From: Takakia lepidozioides
Lineage: Eukaryota; Plantae; Bryophyta
Reading direction: 5' to 3'
Assembly (NCBI GenBank): GCA_030704615.1
Contig: CM060731.1
Coordinates: 79,236,001 to 79,300,000 of the forward strand
Length of the DNA stretch: 64,000 bases
Under the pieces are notes generated by a model. That model did not search any database. It was not told the origin of the DNA and worked only from the letters and a program-made list of their open reading frames with translations. This document shows, one piece after another, positions 1 to 14,388 of the stretch (its first letter is position 1; each line of letters opens with the position of its first letter). Both the position numbers and the translations under genes were made by a program.

Positions 1-949
1 ATTTTGGGGGTTTTTTGGGTACAAAAAAGTCCATAGTGTCTTGATGGATGGATGGAATTGTTCACAAATTTATATTTGTGTCTATTCAAACATTGTATCT
101 AGTTGTAAAGTCCATATATGAATTGGTTTACAAATAGGTTTTTCAAATGACATTTGGGACATTAGATGGACTGTGACAGTTCATTGGAATTCCCTACAAA
201 AGTCAATAGCTTCATGAGATTGCATCCAAATAATTGTATCCACATGTACATATGGTAAGTGGCTAACATATTCTAAGTCCATTTGCTATGAATGTATAAT
301 TATGTGTATAGAATGAAGAATAATATGACAAGCAGTCAGTCGAAAACTGCAAATTGCAGTCCAAATTGAGTCAGTGTAGTCTGCATCTACCCATACATTG
401 ATGATAAACATTTATATTTTATTAGAGATTGCAACTTTGGCGTTGCAGTCAGACATAATGTAACGTCAACTGTACATCCGTTTACATCCGTTGGACTTAA
501 TGTTATCCATAAATTGAATCCATACAACGGCTTACACTAACCCATTAATATTACAGAGCCTCCTCCCAAACGGCTCGCAGTCAAGGCATGTGTTCGAAGA
601 CGCCTCCGGTTACCACAACCACTTGCAACGGTCTCCGCACCCGAGGAAACGGAAATACTTTCAGAGAACTCGAACCTAGTAATAACATTATCATCCGAAA
701 TGTTACTTGGAACTTTACTTGTTGAATCTCTTGATGCCCTTGAAGCCTGCCGGGATGTCCGCCATTCTTGCCAATCACGAAGCTCTTCTTTTTCTTTTCG
801 AATTCGCTCCTTGAATGTGACTGGGCAAAACAATTTTTCATATGATAAATGTCAGATGAAATGTGGAAGATTTGTAGAAAAAATGATAAGGTAAAAGTGC
901 AAGTGGAAGACACTTTCAAGATCAAATTTTCCATAAACAACAAACAGTA

Positions 950-1660
950 GAATAAGTACATACCAAGGTAATTAGGTTCATTTTGTTGTGGCATCCAAAC
1001 ACGAGGATCAACATATCTTTTATACCAAGCCCAATAGGCGTGGTCGCGACCAATAGGCTTACAAAAGCACTTGGCAGGGTTCTTGCTGATGTAATCTACG
1101 ACTGTTGAAGCTGCAGTCATTTTTAATATATATGGCCACACAGCTTTTGTCATATCATCCTGGTCAACCAAGCCCTTTGGTGATGGCTTGCATGAAATAG
1201 GGAAGAATCCAGTATTTGGTGGGTTTCAGATACCTATTGATGGCTCATCATCGACAAGGAGTATTTGTCTCTGCATTGCAAAGTGTATACCAGGGTACTT
1301 GGCAAGAACAGTGCGAATATCCTTAACAAGATATTTCATCTCAGGCATGATGTAACCGGTAGTGTATTTGCAATCCGTAGCTGACCAGATGAAGCAAAAC
1401 TTCTTTGCAATTTTCGTGGAAACTAAGCACTTGAGCATCCTACAAATAACATCTCTTTCAGCACATGACCAAATCGCCACGTGAAAATGTATCAACGCAA
1501 GGTTGAGAAACTTCAAGATTCTGAGCCGAGGAACCACAAAAAGTTTGTCGGGAACATGAACTGTAACTTTCCTGAAACGAAATCTCTCCTTAAGCAATTC
1601 ACCGCCGATTGGAGGTGGCCGGTAGCAGAGGAGTCCGTTGACACTCAATATTAACAACAT
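950..1660 (-). pseudogene. FCP1/NIF-like HAD-superfamily phosphatase domain, frameshifted or degenerate (probably TE cargo)
   Basis: ORF 1226-1660 begins LLILSVNGLLCYR (degenerate DxNGxL motif) and has FLNLALIHFHVAIWS, YLVKDI and LLVDDEP, the motif order of FCP1-like domains. It resembles the cargo at 61631-63168. Confidence 0.55.
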
Positions 1661-2539
1661 TCGTTTCCTCTTCTCCGATGTGGCAGATGAAGGTTAATGG
1701 ACGATGTCATCTTGCGCAATTCAAGGAAATAAATTTCAGTGTTCCCGTCGTCAGAAACAACACGATGTAGTATTTCTTAGTTTCAGAGTGACCTCTACGT
1801 TTGCCGAGACATAAGTGTCCCGACAATGGACTACTGTAAAAGACCAAGAGTAGACGATATATCGAACAGTTCGAGATCATGAAAAAATGAACGTCGGCTG
1901 TCAAGTGGAGGTTAGCGGACCCACCTTGTCGAGAGGCGTATTCAAGAAGTTTTGCGGCTCCATACTCGCTTGTATAAAAATTACAGAGTTAGATTGGGAC
2001 CGCAAACAAACTGCAAGCGAAAGTGGAGAAATGGTTTTGAAATTTACCATTGAAGGTCTCGCAGAGGAACAGTGGATTCCCGCGGGCTTGGATTGATGAG
2101 GCACCACAACATCCGAGGGAGTCATCATGTATTTGGAGTCCGCTCTTTTTTTCTTGTCAGCCTTTTGTCTGTTGGAAAGATTTCCTGCAGAGGAAAGAAA
2201 TGGCTCGGGGGCTCTTTTTCGCCTCTTTGGTGCAGAACGTTGTGCCACCAGTTCAGGGTCAGGTTGTGTTGATGTTGGAGATATTTTGCCATTGAACGAA
2301 GGGGGGAGTGGAGGGGCAACAATAGGCAAGCACAGAAAAATGTCCCTTGAGCACTCGACATCCTGGATGGAATGAAAACGCAACGAAGGAATAATTTACC
2401 TCGGAACTGCATTCCAATGCAAAGGTCGTTTGACAAGAAGGTCATAATCTGCAGGTTTTCTAACTTGGAGCGACAGATGAATATCAGACCCCAAACTAAG
2501 TGAAACTAGGAGAATGAGCAAGGAGCGAAAAATGAGTTT

Positions 2540-3202
2540 AAGTCACTTGACCTACAAAAACATAAACTTACTCAACCCAAAATGGATAACCTGTCACAGC
2601 AGCTCTGGGCTTCCTCCACTGCTCTCTGGAAACCATCTTCCGAAGGAACTAGAAGAGGCACAACTATCATCCTTTCTCCGTCCCTTACTCATTTTCTGAT
2701 CAGAAAAGAAACCTCGGAGCCAGGTAGAGTGCAATTTTGCACCCTCAAACTACCCGGGGACCTTGAACCCATTGGATTCATTACGTGCCCCCCAACAATC
2801 CCGTAGATCGCATAAACCTATGGAACCTGATCAATCACAGAATGACAGAAGGTGCTTGCTGGAGACTTCAATATGGTGGAAAATGAGGAAGATAGAAGGG
2901 GTTAGCAAACCCCTCCCCCCTTCACTATCATCTACATCACTACAACTACTAATTGCACCTCTATGGGTACAGCTTCATACCAGACAACTTCTTTGGTTCT
3001 CTCTCACTATTACCCAACCATCATGTGACTTTCCAGGCATCCCAAGCGACCCTTGCACCTCTCTATCTTGATTCATCGTGGGTATAGGCCTCATGGCAAA
3101 CTTCGGGCACTTAAGGGTTTTAATTTTTTTTCCCTTCAAATAATATTCAATAAGGTTTCAAAGGGCTTCCTCCCCTTTCTCTTTAAAAAAAAAAAAAAAA
3201 AA
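2540..3202 (+). mobile_element. Degenerate, internally deleted L1-type LINE remnant with poly(A) tail
   Basis: AP-endonuclease-like pieces (GTTIILSP; GGAGACTTCAATATGGTGGAA = GDFNMVE at ~2861), poly(A) at 3185-3202, and a 3' end resembling the reverse complement of the LINE 3' end at 34140-34220. Confidence 0.5.
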
Positions 3203-4223
3203 GAAATTGGTAAAGGGCTGGTGAAAAACAAGCGGCCGGACGCGTTTGGCTCCTCTTTGCGAATAGTGAAACCTACTTTCATCCACCATAAACCTGAAAA
3301 TTCATCCATTTATTTTTCATAAATTGTTTAATAAGAAATATGCTATCTGAGGGAGGTATTACCTTGAGAAGCATATCAGGAAGTAGTTTTTGGCGAAAGA
3401 GAGGAGGTTACGCCTGGGGAAGGCACAACAGAGGCTTAGCAATTTTTGACACTGAGGCGTGGTCTCCTCTTTAGAATAAAGATTTAGAATAAAGAGGAGC
3501 CAATAAACCCCTTTCATTTATGGGGGGACTGAACCAGGTCAATGCACAGGATCAGCATATATGCTAAACCACTGGGCCCATGTGCAACCCTTAAATCACA
3601 ATCAAAATTGTTGTTAAGGCCTCAGGTACATGCAGCACCTCCGCAAAAACTTGGGGATTACAAATGACACAAAGTTCAGTTGCCTTAAGCTGGTGATTGA
3701 GAATTACATTCAATGAAGATGGACTGACAACATTCTTTCATGTGAGAACTGAGAGTTGGGTAAAGGAGGGTCCAGTGCGAAGCTACTCTGCCCAACAGTC
3801 TACCAACTGAGCTAACTGTGCAGAGCACAAACTCTAAGCTGTGCAGCCACTAGAATCCCATGGTGGGTCATTAGACATACTGACATGCATGAACATGTGG
3901 ACTCCCAGCCTTTAAGTGCCTGAGAATATTTGGATCAGCAAGCACTTGGAAGCCTGTAAATAACATTTCCCTGAGAATGGAATTGTGACTTCACTGGTCA
4001 GTTACAAATCATATGGTCCTGATATCTGTCCACCCTCCAAGTTGATGAACCACAAGGGTGGCCTCATTACAGTCCTGTACTGTCGGCATATCTCTGCTCT
4101 TAAGAATTGTGATATCTGAAGTTGCACTCCTATTACTAGCTTGGAGCGTTCTACATCCAGATCATAACCATGGAGGCAAGCACAGCATGTTTCTGGTACA
4201 AGAGGAGGCCAAATATTACACCC

Positions 4224-7200
4224 TTAGATTACATTGGCTCTCGCAGTTGAAATAAAAGGGGGGATTAATATACTGCCTTTGCAGTTGGAAGCCCCAAGCT
4301 TCTGGGCCTGGAGGGAATTCCCACAATCCCTTGGCTGCAAAAAGAGGGTGCAAAAAATACTGTAAGTATCACTTTTGTTTTGAATTTTCCATTACTGTCA
4401 CCCACATTCAAAAAGCACTTGTATTATACTTGGGCTCCACAAATAAAATAACAATTGCATTTTGTCAGCAATCAGACTTACCTCGAGAGTCTTTTTGAAG
4501 CAAAGATAGACCTCTTTAATCTGCTTGCTGGAGCACTTAAGGAGAGGTTTAAAGCCTGTATAATTCTTGATGGCTGCTACAATATCGCTTGCTGCATAAT
4601 GGGTTTTTTCATCCGGGACAAAGCCAGCATTGTCCAATATTGCCTGTAATATCCAATAGCAAAAATCCAAATTCATTTTTATTACAGGGTAGATGCTAGA
4701 GGTACTTCAGACATGCAGTGCTGTATCTTTATATGCTGTGGTAGTTACATCAGACCATCCCACACCTGCATACATTTCCTTCAAAGTAAGATCTCCACAA
4801 TTAACCCCGCACCTGATCATTAGAGACTGTTTCCAGAAGTGTTGGAGTTGGGTTGGGATATGGTAGGCTAACTTGAGGGTTAGATGGCCTTGAACTAAGA
4901 TTGTTTATATTCCAAGCGATCGCGATATACTTTAAATAGTTGGAAGGAACGCTAGTAAAGGCAACTCCTCTAGCATTAGACACTGACCACCTATGATTGT
5001 AAATAGCAAAGCTGTTCACAAACTAAAGATTGTTAAGGCTAGATATCAGGCTCCCTATTTCATGTGTAGATAAATACCCTTTAACTCGACCAGCACAGAT
5101 AATTTGAACTCCACCCACAAAAAGAGAACAATTTATGTGTGTGCACAGGAGGCTTAGAGGGCCTGTGGGATGCTGTAGACCAACTCAGAAGGATGAAGGC
5201 AAACATACCGAAAGATCATATTTTTTGCGGAGAAGAATGCCCATCTCAAAATAGGTAGCCTCATCGGGAATAATTGGAAAGGCACAAGTCCCATGCTTCT
5301 CTGTCACCATATGCATTGAGATCAGACAATTACAAAACACATCATGTCACTGTTCTAAGTACCTTGGAAAACAACAGCAATGCTGCCCGCGAGTAAAATC
5401 TATATAGATTCTAGATTGCAAAAACTGAGGAACCTGAATTATGTAAGTGCATGAAAAGTTAAAATAACTTCCACCTATAAGACACCAAATTGAACCACAA
5501 AGAAGGGCCGGCATAAATGTGGTGTCTGTATCTGCCAAGGTATGGCTCATTATACTTACCCCACTGTTCAGATGATACAGAATTGCAGCCGCCATATTAT
5601 CAACAGTTTGTTGCCACAAGCAATATTCAATGACCAAGTTAGGATTGATCGTAAGATGACAGCAATAGTGGAATGCACACAATGATCTTCTATGGACTTA
5701 TATACAAGCTAAGTAAGCAAATTGGCAATGGAGTTGGACTGGAATCAGATGATTCTTATGTTAGAAGGTAAGAAGTAACACATAGAAGATGGATGCAGCT
5801 ACGGCACATAGGGCCCTCAAGCAGTTGCTGAGCTGACAAACATACCAATTTAGTCACAATTGGTTGGAACCTTTAATAGGTTGTGCGAGTCAACTGTATG
5901 GACATTGGATTGCTGGGTCATTGATACCCAATGTATTAACATGGACCAACTAGAAGTCTCTTCAGGCGTGGACCAGGTATCTAGACTTGAGACAAACCAC
6001 CCTCCATCTTAATTAGCCTGGTCAAGCTCATATGGCAACCACATGCCATGTGTGCAACTTCATAGCAAGGCTGCTAATCTGCTAAAAATGTCACTGGATT
6101 CAGCGACTGCATGCCCGGATTTAACATTCAGCAACTAGATTGCTGACCACTTGTAGCATTGGAGCACAAAGACAGCAGTAGCAAAACTGTTAATGTACCT
6201 CATGCTGCCAGAAGGTGCCTTTTGACTTCCCGTTGCACTGTTTTGGTGACGAACAGCTGAGCGTTGGCCAGTACTTGTATAGATCATCCATGATATCCAG
6301 AATCTGTTAAGCGGTGCAGATTGCCACTTCATTCTTGTGCAGTCAAGTTTATGCCATTAGCATTCATGAATGATCTTAGAAGCAAAGGCCCAGGAATCTG
6401 CTACTTTCAAGACCCTACAAAACAATGTGTTTCACTAAAAATCTGTTGAAGAGAAATGAAAATACCTTGGTATCATTGAATCCTGGTCCAGAACAGCACT
6501 CGGGCCAAGACCCATCATTGAACTCTGGCCATACACCATCTGCCATCACATTCATTTGAAAGCATGATCATATAAGTCAAAGAAAAGAAGTCTGGAAGGG
6601 CATTTCAGCAATACTTTTCTGACACACATCCACAGCAACTCCTCTAATCAAAATTGCTAGCCATCCAGGCCTTTTGAAACGTGATGGCTTCCCTCCAGTC
6701 TGCAATTATATTTAGGACAATGCTACAGGTTTGAGACTTACGGATGGTGAATTCCACAGGATCAGTTAAACTGCACAAGCCACAACCACACAACGACTCA
6801 ACACATGCTTCAGAAAACTCCTACCTACCCTATTGTCATGAGTGTCAGACTATGCTCACATTTAACATTCATACATACACCTAGTAATAGCAACATGAAG
6901 GTATTGAGGGCTAAAAGGAGGCTTCACAACTTCTTCTGCAACATATCAATCTCTGGTGCATGACTTTCAGAGTTGATACTTTGCTTCTTGTCTTCACATT
7001 CTACCTACAATAATGTCAGTCTTGATGCAGCGATACCATGCCACTGCACCCAACATTCAAATTCCAGTGGAGGGATCTCCATTTCGAGCATGCAAATTTA
7101 AAAGCAAAGTGATGGAACAGCTGCTTTAGGATCATAGTTCAGTTGTGTGTATAAGGGCCTGCCATGGTTTTGGTAGCAATAAACTAGCCATTGGATGGGA

Positions 7201-8308
7201 TTTGAGCCTTCTGGACTTTGGTGGAGTTAACCCCCTTTGATCTTTTGGTCTACAATTTGGTCTAAATTGGAGAGTGTCTCCGATAAAAACATACATATAG
7301 GTGGTCAATGTAGACTGTCAGACATAACGGCAACACATCAACGGTATGGAGAGACATACCTTTGACAGCAGGTGCCCTTAGACTCGCAGTAAGTTCCTGG
7401 CCATTGCTGTGAAAACAGGAAGTAATCGAAATTTGATGATTCTGTTCCCCGCCATAAGTTAGGAGTCCAAGTATTCAGTAGGACTAGACAATGACAATAG
7501 GGACCAGATCGTAATTACGAGCCTACTTCCACAAGAGCTAAGTACACGTTGTTGTATTCTCTTACAGATTCCACTAACAAGGTCAGACAAGATTACCAGC
7601 AACCAGCAGAGATTCTTGAGCAGGGAGACTGTGGTAGCCCACTTTCCCATGGGGCCAAGAAAATTGTTCCTGGATAGGTGTGATCATAAAATGCTTAGAT
7701 TTCGGAAGCCATGCCTGTCGCGCCTGTCATATGAGGAATCTCATAGGTTGCACCCCCGTAGAGGTTAACTTGACAAAGTATCATAGGACAGTCCTCTCAT
7801 CCCTCTAACGAATCATAGTCATCCTGCTTTGTACCGAAGGTGAATCAGTTTTACTTCTGATTGGAAGCCACTCATTCCTGATATAGTCATGTAACATAAC
7901 CTCAATCAACCTCCAATATGCACAATCGACTGAAGTATGTAGTTGGAAACGCTGTAATTCTCAAGAGTTTGAGAAAAATATGGCCACCACGGGATAGCTA
8001 TTGCGTCGGCTCAACTACTATAGGGGACAGTTTTGTGGATACCAAAAGGATGACATTGCCAAGGATTCATGGCCCTACGAGGAAGGAGAGAGACACACAC
8101 ATACACACAGTGACTCATTCATAAACTTACGTGCCACTGAAAAGATATGACTGCGCTAACCAAAAATACTCGCGAGCGGCTCGCTGCGTCCCTCTGAAGT
8201 GCCTTCCGCCAGGTCTTTGGCTAGAACCGATCCCAGGCAGCACAGGCCCGCCACCAAACCAACCCAATTCGTGACCATGCGGCTCGTTCTGTGCTGGGTT
8301 GCACCCAT
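4224..8308 (-). CDS. Ribonuclease T2, class II (RNS2-like). Exons: 8308-8161, ~7483-7360, 6770-6742, 6539-6466, 6303-6199, 5563-5560, 5300-5209, 4643-4482, 4334-4224
   Basis: Manual splicing at GT-AG sites with consistent phases gives a hydrophobic N-terminus, [51 protein letters not shown] and IKEVYLCF, ending at TAA 4224-4226. The exon 2 acceptor is uncertain. Confidence 0.9.
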
Positions 8309-10806
8309 TATTCTTGAAAGAGCAAGAAGATACAAAATTGGGTAAGGAACAGACGAGAGGGTGCGTGAACGAAAGGAGGAGATGGGTTAAGTCTGTAACG
8401 CGATCTTTGGTGCATAGATAAGCAAGTGTCTTACGTAATGACTATTGGGTATCTTGAGATCCAAGGGATTGTACCATTGTGGTGTGCCTGCAAGTACCCA
8501 CCACCTTCGTGCACCATTACCAAACACGCAGGCGCATTACAGGCTTGTGCTTGGCACTTATTAGGGTTAAAAGCCGTAAGCCCAGCCCTGTTTGGTTATG
8601 GTTAACAACAACTTCGAGCTCTCTAAATAGCTCCTTCAACCTCCGAAGCTCGGGTGTGCTGGCACACATGAAATTGGGTAGGCACATGGACGCCGCACTA
8701 AGTATCCACGCATCATGCATGACTGAGGAGCCCACAGTAGTAGTGCAGTGAGAGTGGCCCGAGTTGTGAAGGTTGCGATTGTATTGCCCATTTTACGGCT
8801 CATCGTCGAAGAAAGGGTCCACAAGGGGCCTAGAGGCCGTAGCCTGTAGTGAAAGAATTTGAATTCTCTATGCCACATGGCAGCCTGTGGATTTGATTCT
8901 ACATTGCACTTTTTGGGTGTCTTGCGATCATCACACGAGTTTGAGTTGATGTCGATTATCGTTGAAAAACTCGAAAATCTTTTGTACGCTGTGAGTCAGA
9001 TTCGATCCTTCACCTAATCAGCATCTTCATTCAGCGGTGGGATTCAACCTGCACTGATCTTACTCCCTAGTATTTGCCGCAGTAACCACATGAGTGAATC
9101 ACGGCCATGCTGCTGCCTTGGTGCCTGGAAGCAAATCAGTCTAATGCAGCATTTGCGTCACATTCCCCACCTCTCTAGGGTACCGGTTACGAAGCCTTAT
9201 GGATATGCAACCTCATCGGAACTCACATTGTGGGTGAGGTGCCTACGCTTTAACCCATCAATCAGGGTCAGCAGACTGTCCCTCTCTATATTCACCCAAA
9301 CCCAGGAAGACCAAGGAGTAGATCGAGGAGATGTATGTCGGGCCTCTTTTGTACATCACGGCCAGATTGTGGTTGTGCGTTGTATTTCAAGGGGTGACAC
9401 GAGGAAGAAGTGCATGCGGCAGTAGGAGCTGCAGCCTCTCTCTTGCAAGTCAACTGGGAGGTTCTGCGACTGTCGCCTTCCTCTTTCGCCCTTTTGGCCC
9501 ACCACATGGATTTGTAGATGTGTTCTGGGACGGTGAATACATTCTTTTCCTGTCTTCTCCTCTTCCTCTGCATAAAGTCAAATACAAACCACTTCCCCTT
9601 AAACTTTGGGGATCAGATAGAGCACATTCGCCACTGAAATCCACAACAATGTGGGATAAATTACGTTCTTCATAGGAGAGGAAGGTGCGAAATCAGGTTC
9701 TCTCTACCTGAGACCTCAATTCCTGTGGATGGTTTGCGACCCAGTTAAAACGGTCTGAATTGTCATATGGACACCGACAGCAACATGATCAGTATCCATT
9801 GTGTTTAAAAAGACAATACAAATTGGTTTCTTAATCAGGTCTTTCTTCCTCGCTCCGTGGTGTAGGAGGATGTGGAGACCAAAAAGAAAACGAATGAAGC
9901 AGGGCTACTCCTGATGGTGGGGATTCTTCTGGGTGGCTGTTTTGGTTACAAACCAACTTCCTGTCCTACAGCTCATGCTGCTACAGCCGAGGTTCCGTCT
10001 TTCTTAATCTTCTCTCAAATCCTGCAGACTTTAAAAGTCCCTGGAATTGCTGATCCGATTACTTTGTATAAATTGGAAGCGTGACCCAGTTTGAAGGTCC
10101 TCATTGTGCAATTTTGCCTTCTGTTGGGATTTATGAAGTTTCCTTCTACCTGTCAATGTTTGAAGTATGTCTAGAGGCAAATGTTCTATATTGGGTCCGA
10201 AACCCATAAATCTTGTGTAAATCCTGATGTGGAAGGGATCCTTTGCATCCCCAGATTTTTATAAAGGGAGCACCCACTAAAGTACCAGCTCAAAAGGCTA
10301 CATTTGAGGAGAGGGCTGTATATGCCCTTGACTATATTTTTGCAACTGAGCCTGGAGGCAAGGTATTGCCATCCCCCTTTCCCCATCCCATCTTTACCCT
10401 TCTTTGCTGAATGAAGATGTGGTGAGAAATCTCACAAATGAATATGCATTATTGTCCCACTTATGGGACAAAAGCACACGTCGAACAACAAATTACTAGA
10501 AATCAGGTAGGGACAGCCATTTTGTGGTGAAGGGAAAGGAGAGAGAAGTAGGGAGGGATGAGCAAAGAGACATACGGCTACATAGACGATGACATAAGGA
10601 GAGCGAAAATAAGCATGATGACTTGACAAACAGAGATAAACAGACCACTGAATGTCTTCCGCTTAATGACTTTAGTTTGCTGCCCTTGACAGGCAGCGAT
10701 CTTACTGGCCATCTGTGCTATGTCGACAGTTTTTGGAGGTATCCCTCTATCCTCCTCTTTGTCTCGGTTTTCTTTTCATTCCCTGGACTTGTTTCCAGTC
10801 TGTGAC

Positions 10807-13089
10807 ATGGGGGAGGACATCTTGGATGACCTCAAGGGTCTACCCACTCTCGGCACTAGACTGAAATTTAAACTCAGGGCAGGAAGCCTACCTTTGAACA
10901 GCAAACAGAAGCAGAGAGGAAAGGGGAAGTGGGCAGCATGGACATTTGTTGCAGATGCGGGCACCCATGTAAATGAGGTACAAACCATCTCTCTTAATCA
11001 ATCATGCTATGCCTGCTCTTTGTTGTTGCATTGATGAAAAGTAGGATTTGGGGGAATAAACAGTATGATGTACATGGTGAGCTGAGCTGAAACTAGTCAC
11101 TGATATCCCTTTCAGCAATTGCTTTCTTCTGCTCTTGTAGCAGGCAGGGTTTCCAATGTTTGCTTGACATGTCAAATGCTTGGTATTTACCTGTTTTGCA
11201 CAGCATTCCTTAACAGGTTTATGCCGCAAATTGATTTGAGATAAAGATACAAGCAGATGACTGTTAGCTGAGGATTTGTTCATGATGCAACAGGGATTCA
11301 GTGTAAAATGAAATTTGTTCCCAAGTTGGTGCTGATGTGCAGGATACGTTCAAGAAGAGGCTGGTTGCTGTCCCTCTCACCGTCGTTGGCATACATGGCC
11401 ACAAGCAAAGTATTGTGGTCTTGGAGATCGGGTGAAAATAGATATGGATAAGGACATGCAGGTAGCCCTTCCTCTTGCAACCCGCCATGGATCCAAGGTT
11501 GAATTTGTCCATTCCTCAAATGATCTATGCCATTGACCCTGTGTTTGGGTACCATTCTAGTCTAACATATTAGGTCTTCAAATTGTTTTGGCAATTATCA
11601 AAAAGCTGTGTCCTCTGTTGGAACATCACTGAGCTTGACAATTTCAGGTGATCACCAGAAAAGGTGTTGCAACAGCAACAGCAGCCAATATACAAGCCTG
11701 GTGTTGGCGTACTTATCAGAGCTGAAAGCAGACATAGTGGTAGAGCTTGGTGAACTGGAGAATGTACATGTTTTGAAGCAAATGCTTACAACTCTGACAA
11801 CCTATGCAAACAAGGAAGTGCCATCAAGGCTCAATTCCCTTCCTTCAGTTACTACCGATCCTGCCACAGTGCTTGCAGGCGAAAGGTTTGTATTGTCAAC
11901 CTTTCTTAATTTTGAGCACAAACATTTGGTAATTTTGCATACTTGCAAACGAATAATCTGGGTCATTCTTTTCCCTGTAATAAGTGTATCAACTGAAAAC
12001 CCCTGACTGATTAGGAACAGTCCAATTTAGTGGATACTTTTCAGCTTGCTTAGCAGAAAGCACTCGTGTCTAGGTTGGCTCTATTTGTACTTATATTGTG
12101 TGTCTGCCTTTATGCTTTGACATGCAAAAAATTGTCCTTTTGAGACAGCACTTAATGCAAGGAAATGTTCAGAACTGTTTCCTCTGTTTGAATCTCCACA
12201 TTATTCATTTTCCTGGAGTCTCAATTGGGCCATCAAGCATTTTGCCTGGTGGCCCTCCCTTAGCATTGTGCACCCCTCCAATCACCAGCCATTTTACCTT
12301 GTTCTAAAAACAGGGAAGTGACTAGAAAAGTACAATGTTTGTCATACGACAGCAGTCTGAAAATTTGTTGAAACTTGTGCATACTAAAATGTGTCAGGAT
12401 GGCAGGCTTCAGAAAATTGTGCCAGTAGCAACTAGGGACATGGTGATGCGTATAATGGTTGAAAGGGCATTACAGCCAGGGACCGCTGCTGTGGCAGGAG
12501 AGCTCTTGCATTTTGATGGCTTTGAGTTCTGTTTCAAGCAGTGGTATATCTCAAGATCTCTCTCCATGTATTTTATGGCTTGCAGTTTATATGTCATGCC
12601 GTTTGTCAGGTCATTATGGCTCTAGAGGCCTGCAAAATAAAGCTTAAAATATATTAAGATTGTAAGAGTATGTTGATTTTCTGGCCGGGAGAGCAGGCCA
12701 GAGCTGGTTCTGTCAACAGAGAATCCAGATTATCAGACAACATTAAAGCCAACACCTTAGACACTAGTTCCGTCAATTTTAAAAGATTAAAACTGCGAGT
12801 TTGATGGTAGTTTTTAATCTGGTGCTTAAAGCATGAAGAGCCTGTGTTGGATTTATAAAATTATACAGTCAGCATGGTTTACAGTTCACTGAAAGATCAG
12901 TTGAAGGGGAACAACAAAAAGCAGGTGCAGAAGACATGGCTCAATGACTCGGTACAGCCAGACCAGCTGCAGGCAATGGTACTGGCCCAACTGGCAGAGG
13001 ATGCTGATGTTGGAGGCGTGCTGGACGAAGTAGTGAGCGACTATGGCAGCTCCATTCTGCTGCAGGGCATAGGTGATTCAACCAAATAA
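10807..13089 (+). pseudogene. Fragmented CASTOR/POLLUX (DMI1)-like ion channel remnants
   Basis: Separate pieces resemble family motifs: LKFKLRAGS, WAAWTFVADAGTH (pore/filter), DIVVELGELEN, RDMVMRIMVERALQPG...LLHFDGFEFCFKQW and QAMVLAQLAEDADVGGVLDEV. Most of the gene is missing. Confidence 0.55.
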
Positions 13090-14388
13090 AACCTTTCATA
13101 CTTTTGAGTTCGAAGTTGATACTAAATAAAAAGCATGAAGAGTGATATTTGTGCTTAACATGTACTCACATGTACATGGTTGGGTGTTTGCTATTTACCT
13201 TGTAGGTGCTTTTGCCAACCCTGGTGAGTGCTTCAACTTCTGGGAGCTTCAGGCCCGAGCTTTGCATCATGGGGACCTTGTGGGTGCTCAATCCATTGAA
13301 CAAAGGGGAAGTTTTGAGCTGGAGTGAGGATGATGAAGTGCTTGTCCTAACAAGGCCAAGCATGTAAGGGGGAAACATGGAGTGAACTAATTTTTCCCTC
13401 TGAAATGTTGATTCACCCCAGAGGGAACTACCGAGTAATTTCGTAGCATGCCGAATCTCCAGAGAAGTTAAGAATCTAGTCTTTATCACAAGATTAAATG
13501 TATGGATGAAAAAGGTCGATTTTTGCCAAAGCAAACTTAAATTGTGGTGTCACTTCACCCTAATCGGGCGTAGTTGCCCCAACCTCCCCCAAGGACTCCA
13601 AAGTCCTCCCGGGTCAGCAGAAAAGATATTCCACATATTCTGGAAATATGCAAAGAACTTACATGTAATGGCAAAACAAAAAATGTCCTCATGCTAGAAA
13701 ATCTGATTCTGAGAAAAAATTGGAAATAGTTTTCAGTTCTTTCTTTCCTCCCCCCACCCCACACGCCCACCCCCCCCCCCCCCGGGCAATTAATACTTCA
13801 TAAACTCAAATAGATGTATTTGAATCATTTTTATCATTCACTGGTGAAATGCTGTTGTTTACGATATTGTAATATTGCAATTATTATTAAACTTTTTCAT
13901 TTTTAATTTTATAGTATGCCGATGAGGGTTTTTTAAAAATTTCCTACCAGAATTTCCAGGTAAATTTCTCTATCTGTTAAAATACCTTCATCACAGACCA
14001 TGTAAGCAGTGACCCTCTTGATGGAGGGTACCTGATAATGCTTATAACTTGTATTTCATGTTACTCCCCTACGAACCTACACATGACCCCCTTTCAAAGT
14101 TGGGGTGGCCATAATGCTCCATTGGACCTACTTGGTAGATTGGTCGTGTGTGGTGGGGCAGAGGCCCAAAACAACGATTTTACCTGACCTTGTTGATGGC
14201 CTTTTTGGAATTTCCTACTTTTAGGCTACCGCGAACTGCTCATGTGCCCAGCACGGCCTTGGGCTGTCTCCGTGGGTTTGGTGAAACTATCCACTAATGC
14301 TAGGAAAAGAAATATATTCGACTTTTCAGCTACCCGGCAACACCACATTCTCTGAAACTCTTTTATTTAAAAAAAAATGGTGTAAGGG

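Noticed and set aside
8394-10700. Host gene or solo LTR between the RNase T2 gene and the channel remnant
   Set aside because: Only short ORFs with no recognisable motifs, and no paired termini or TSD that I could confirm.
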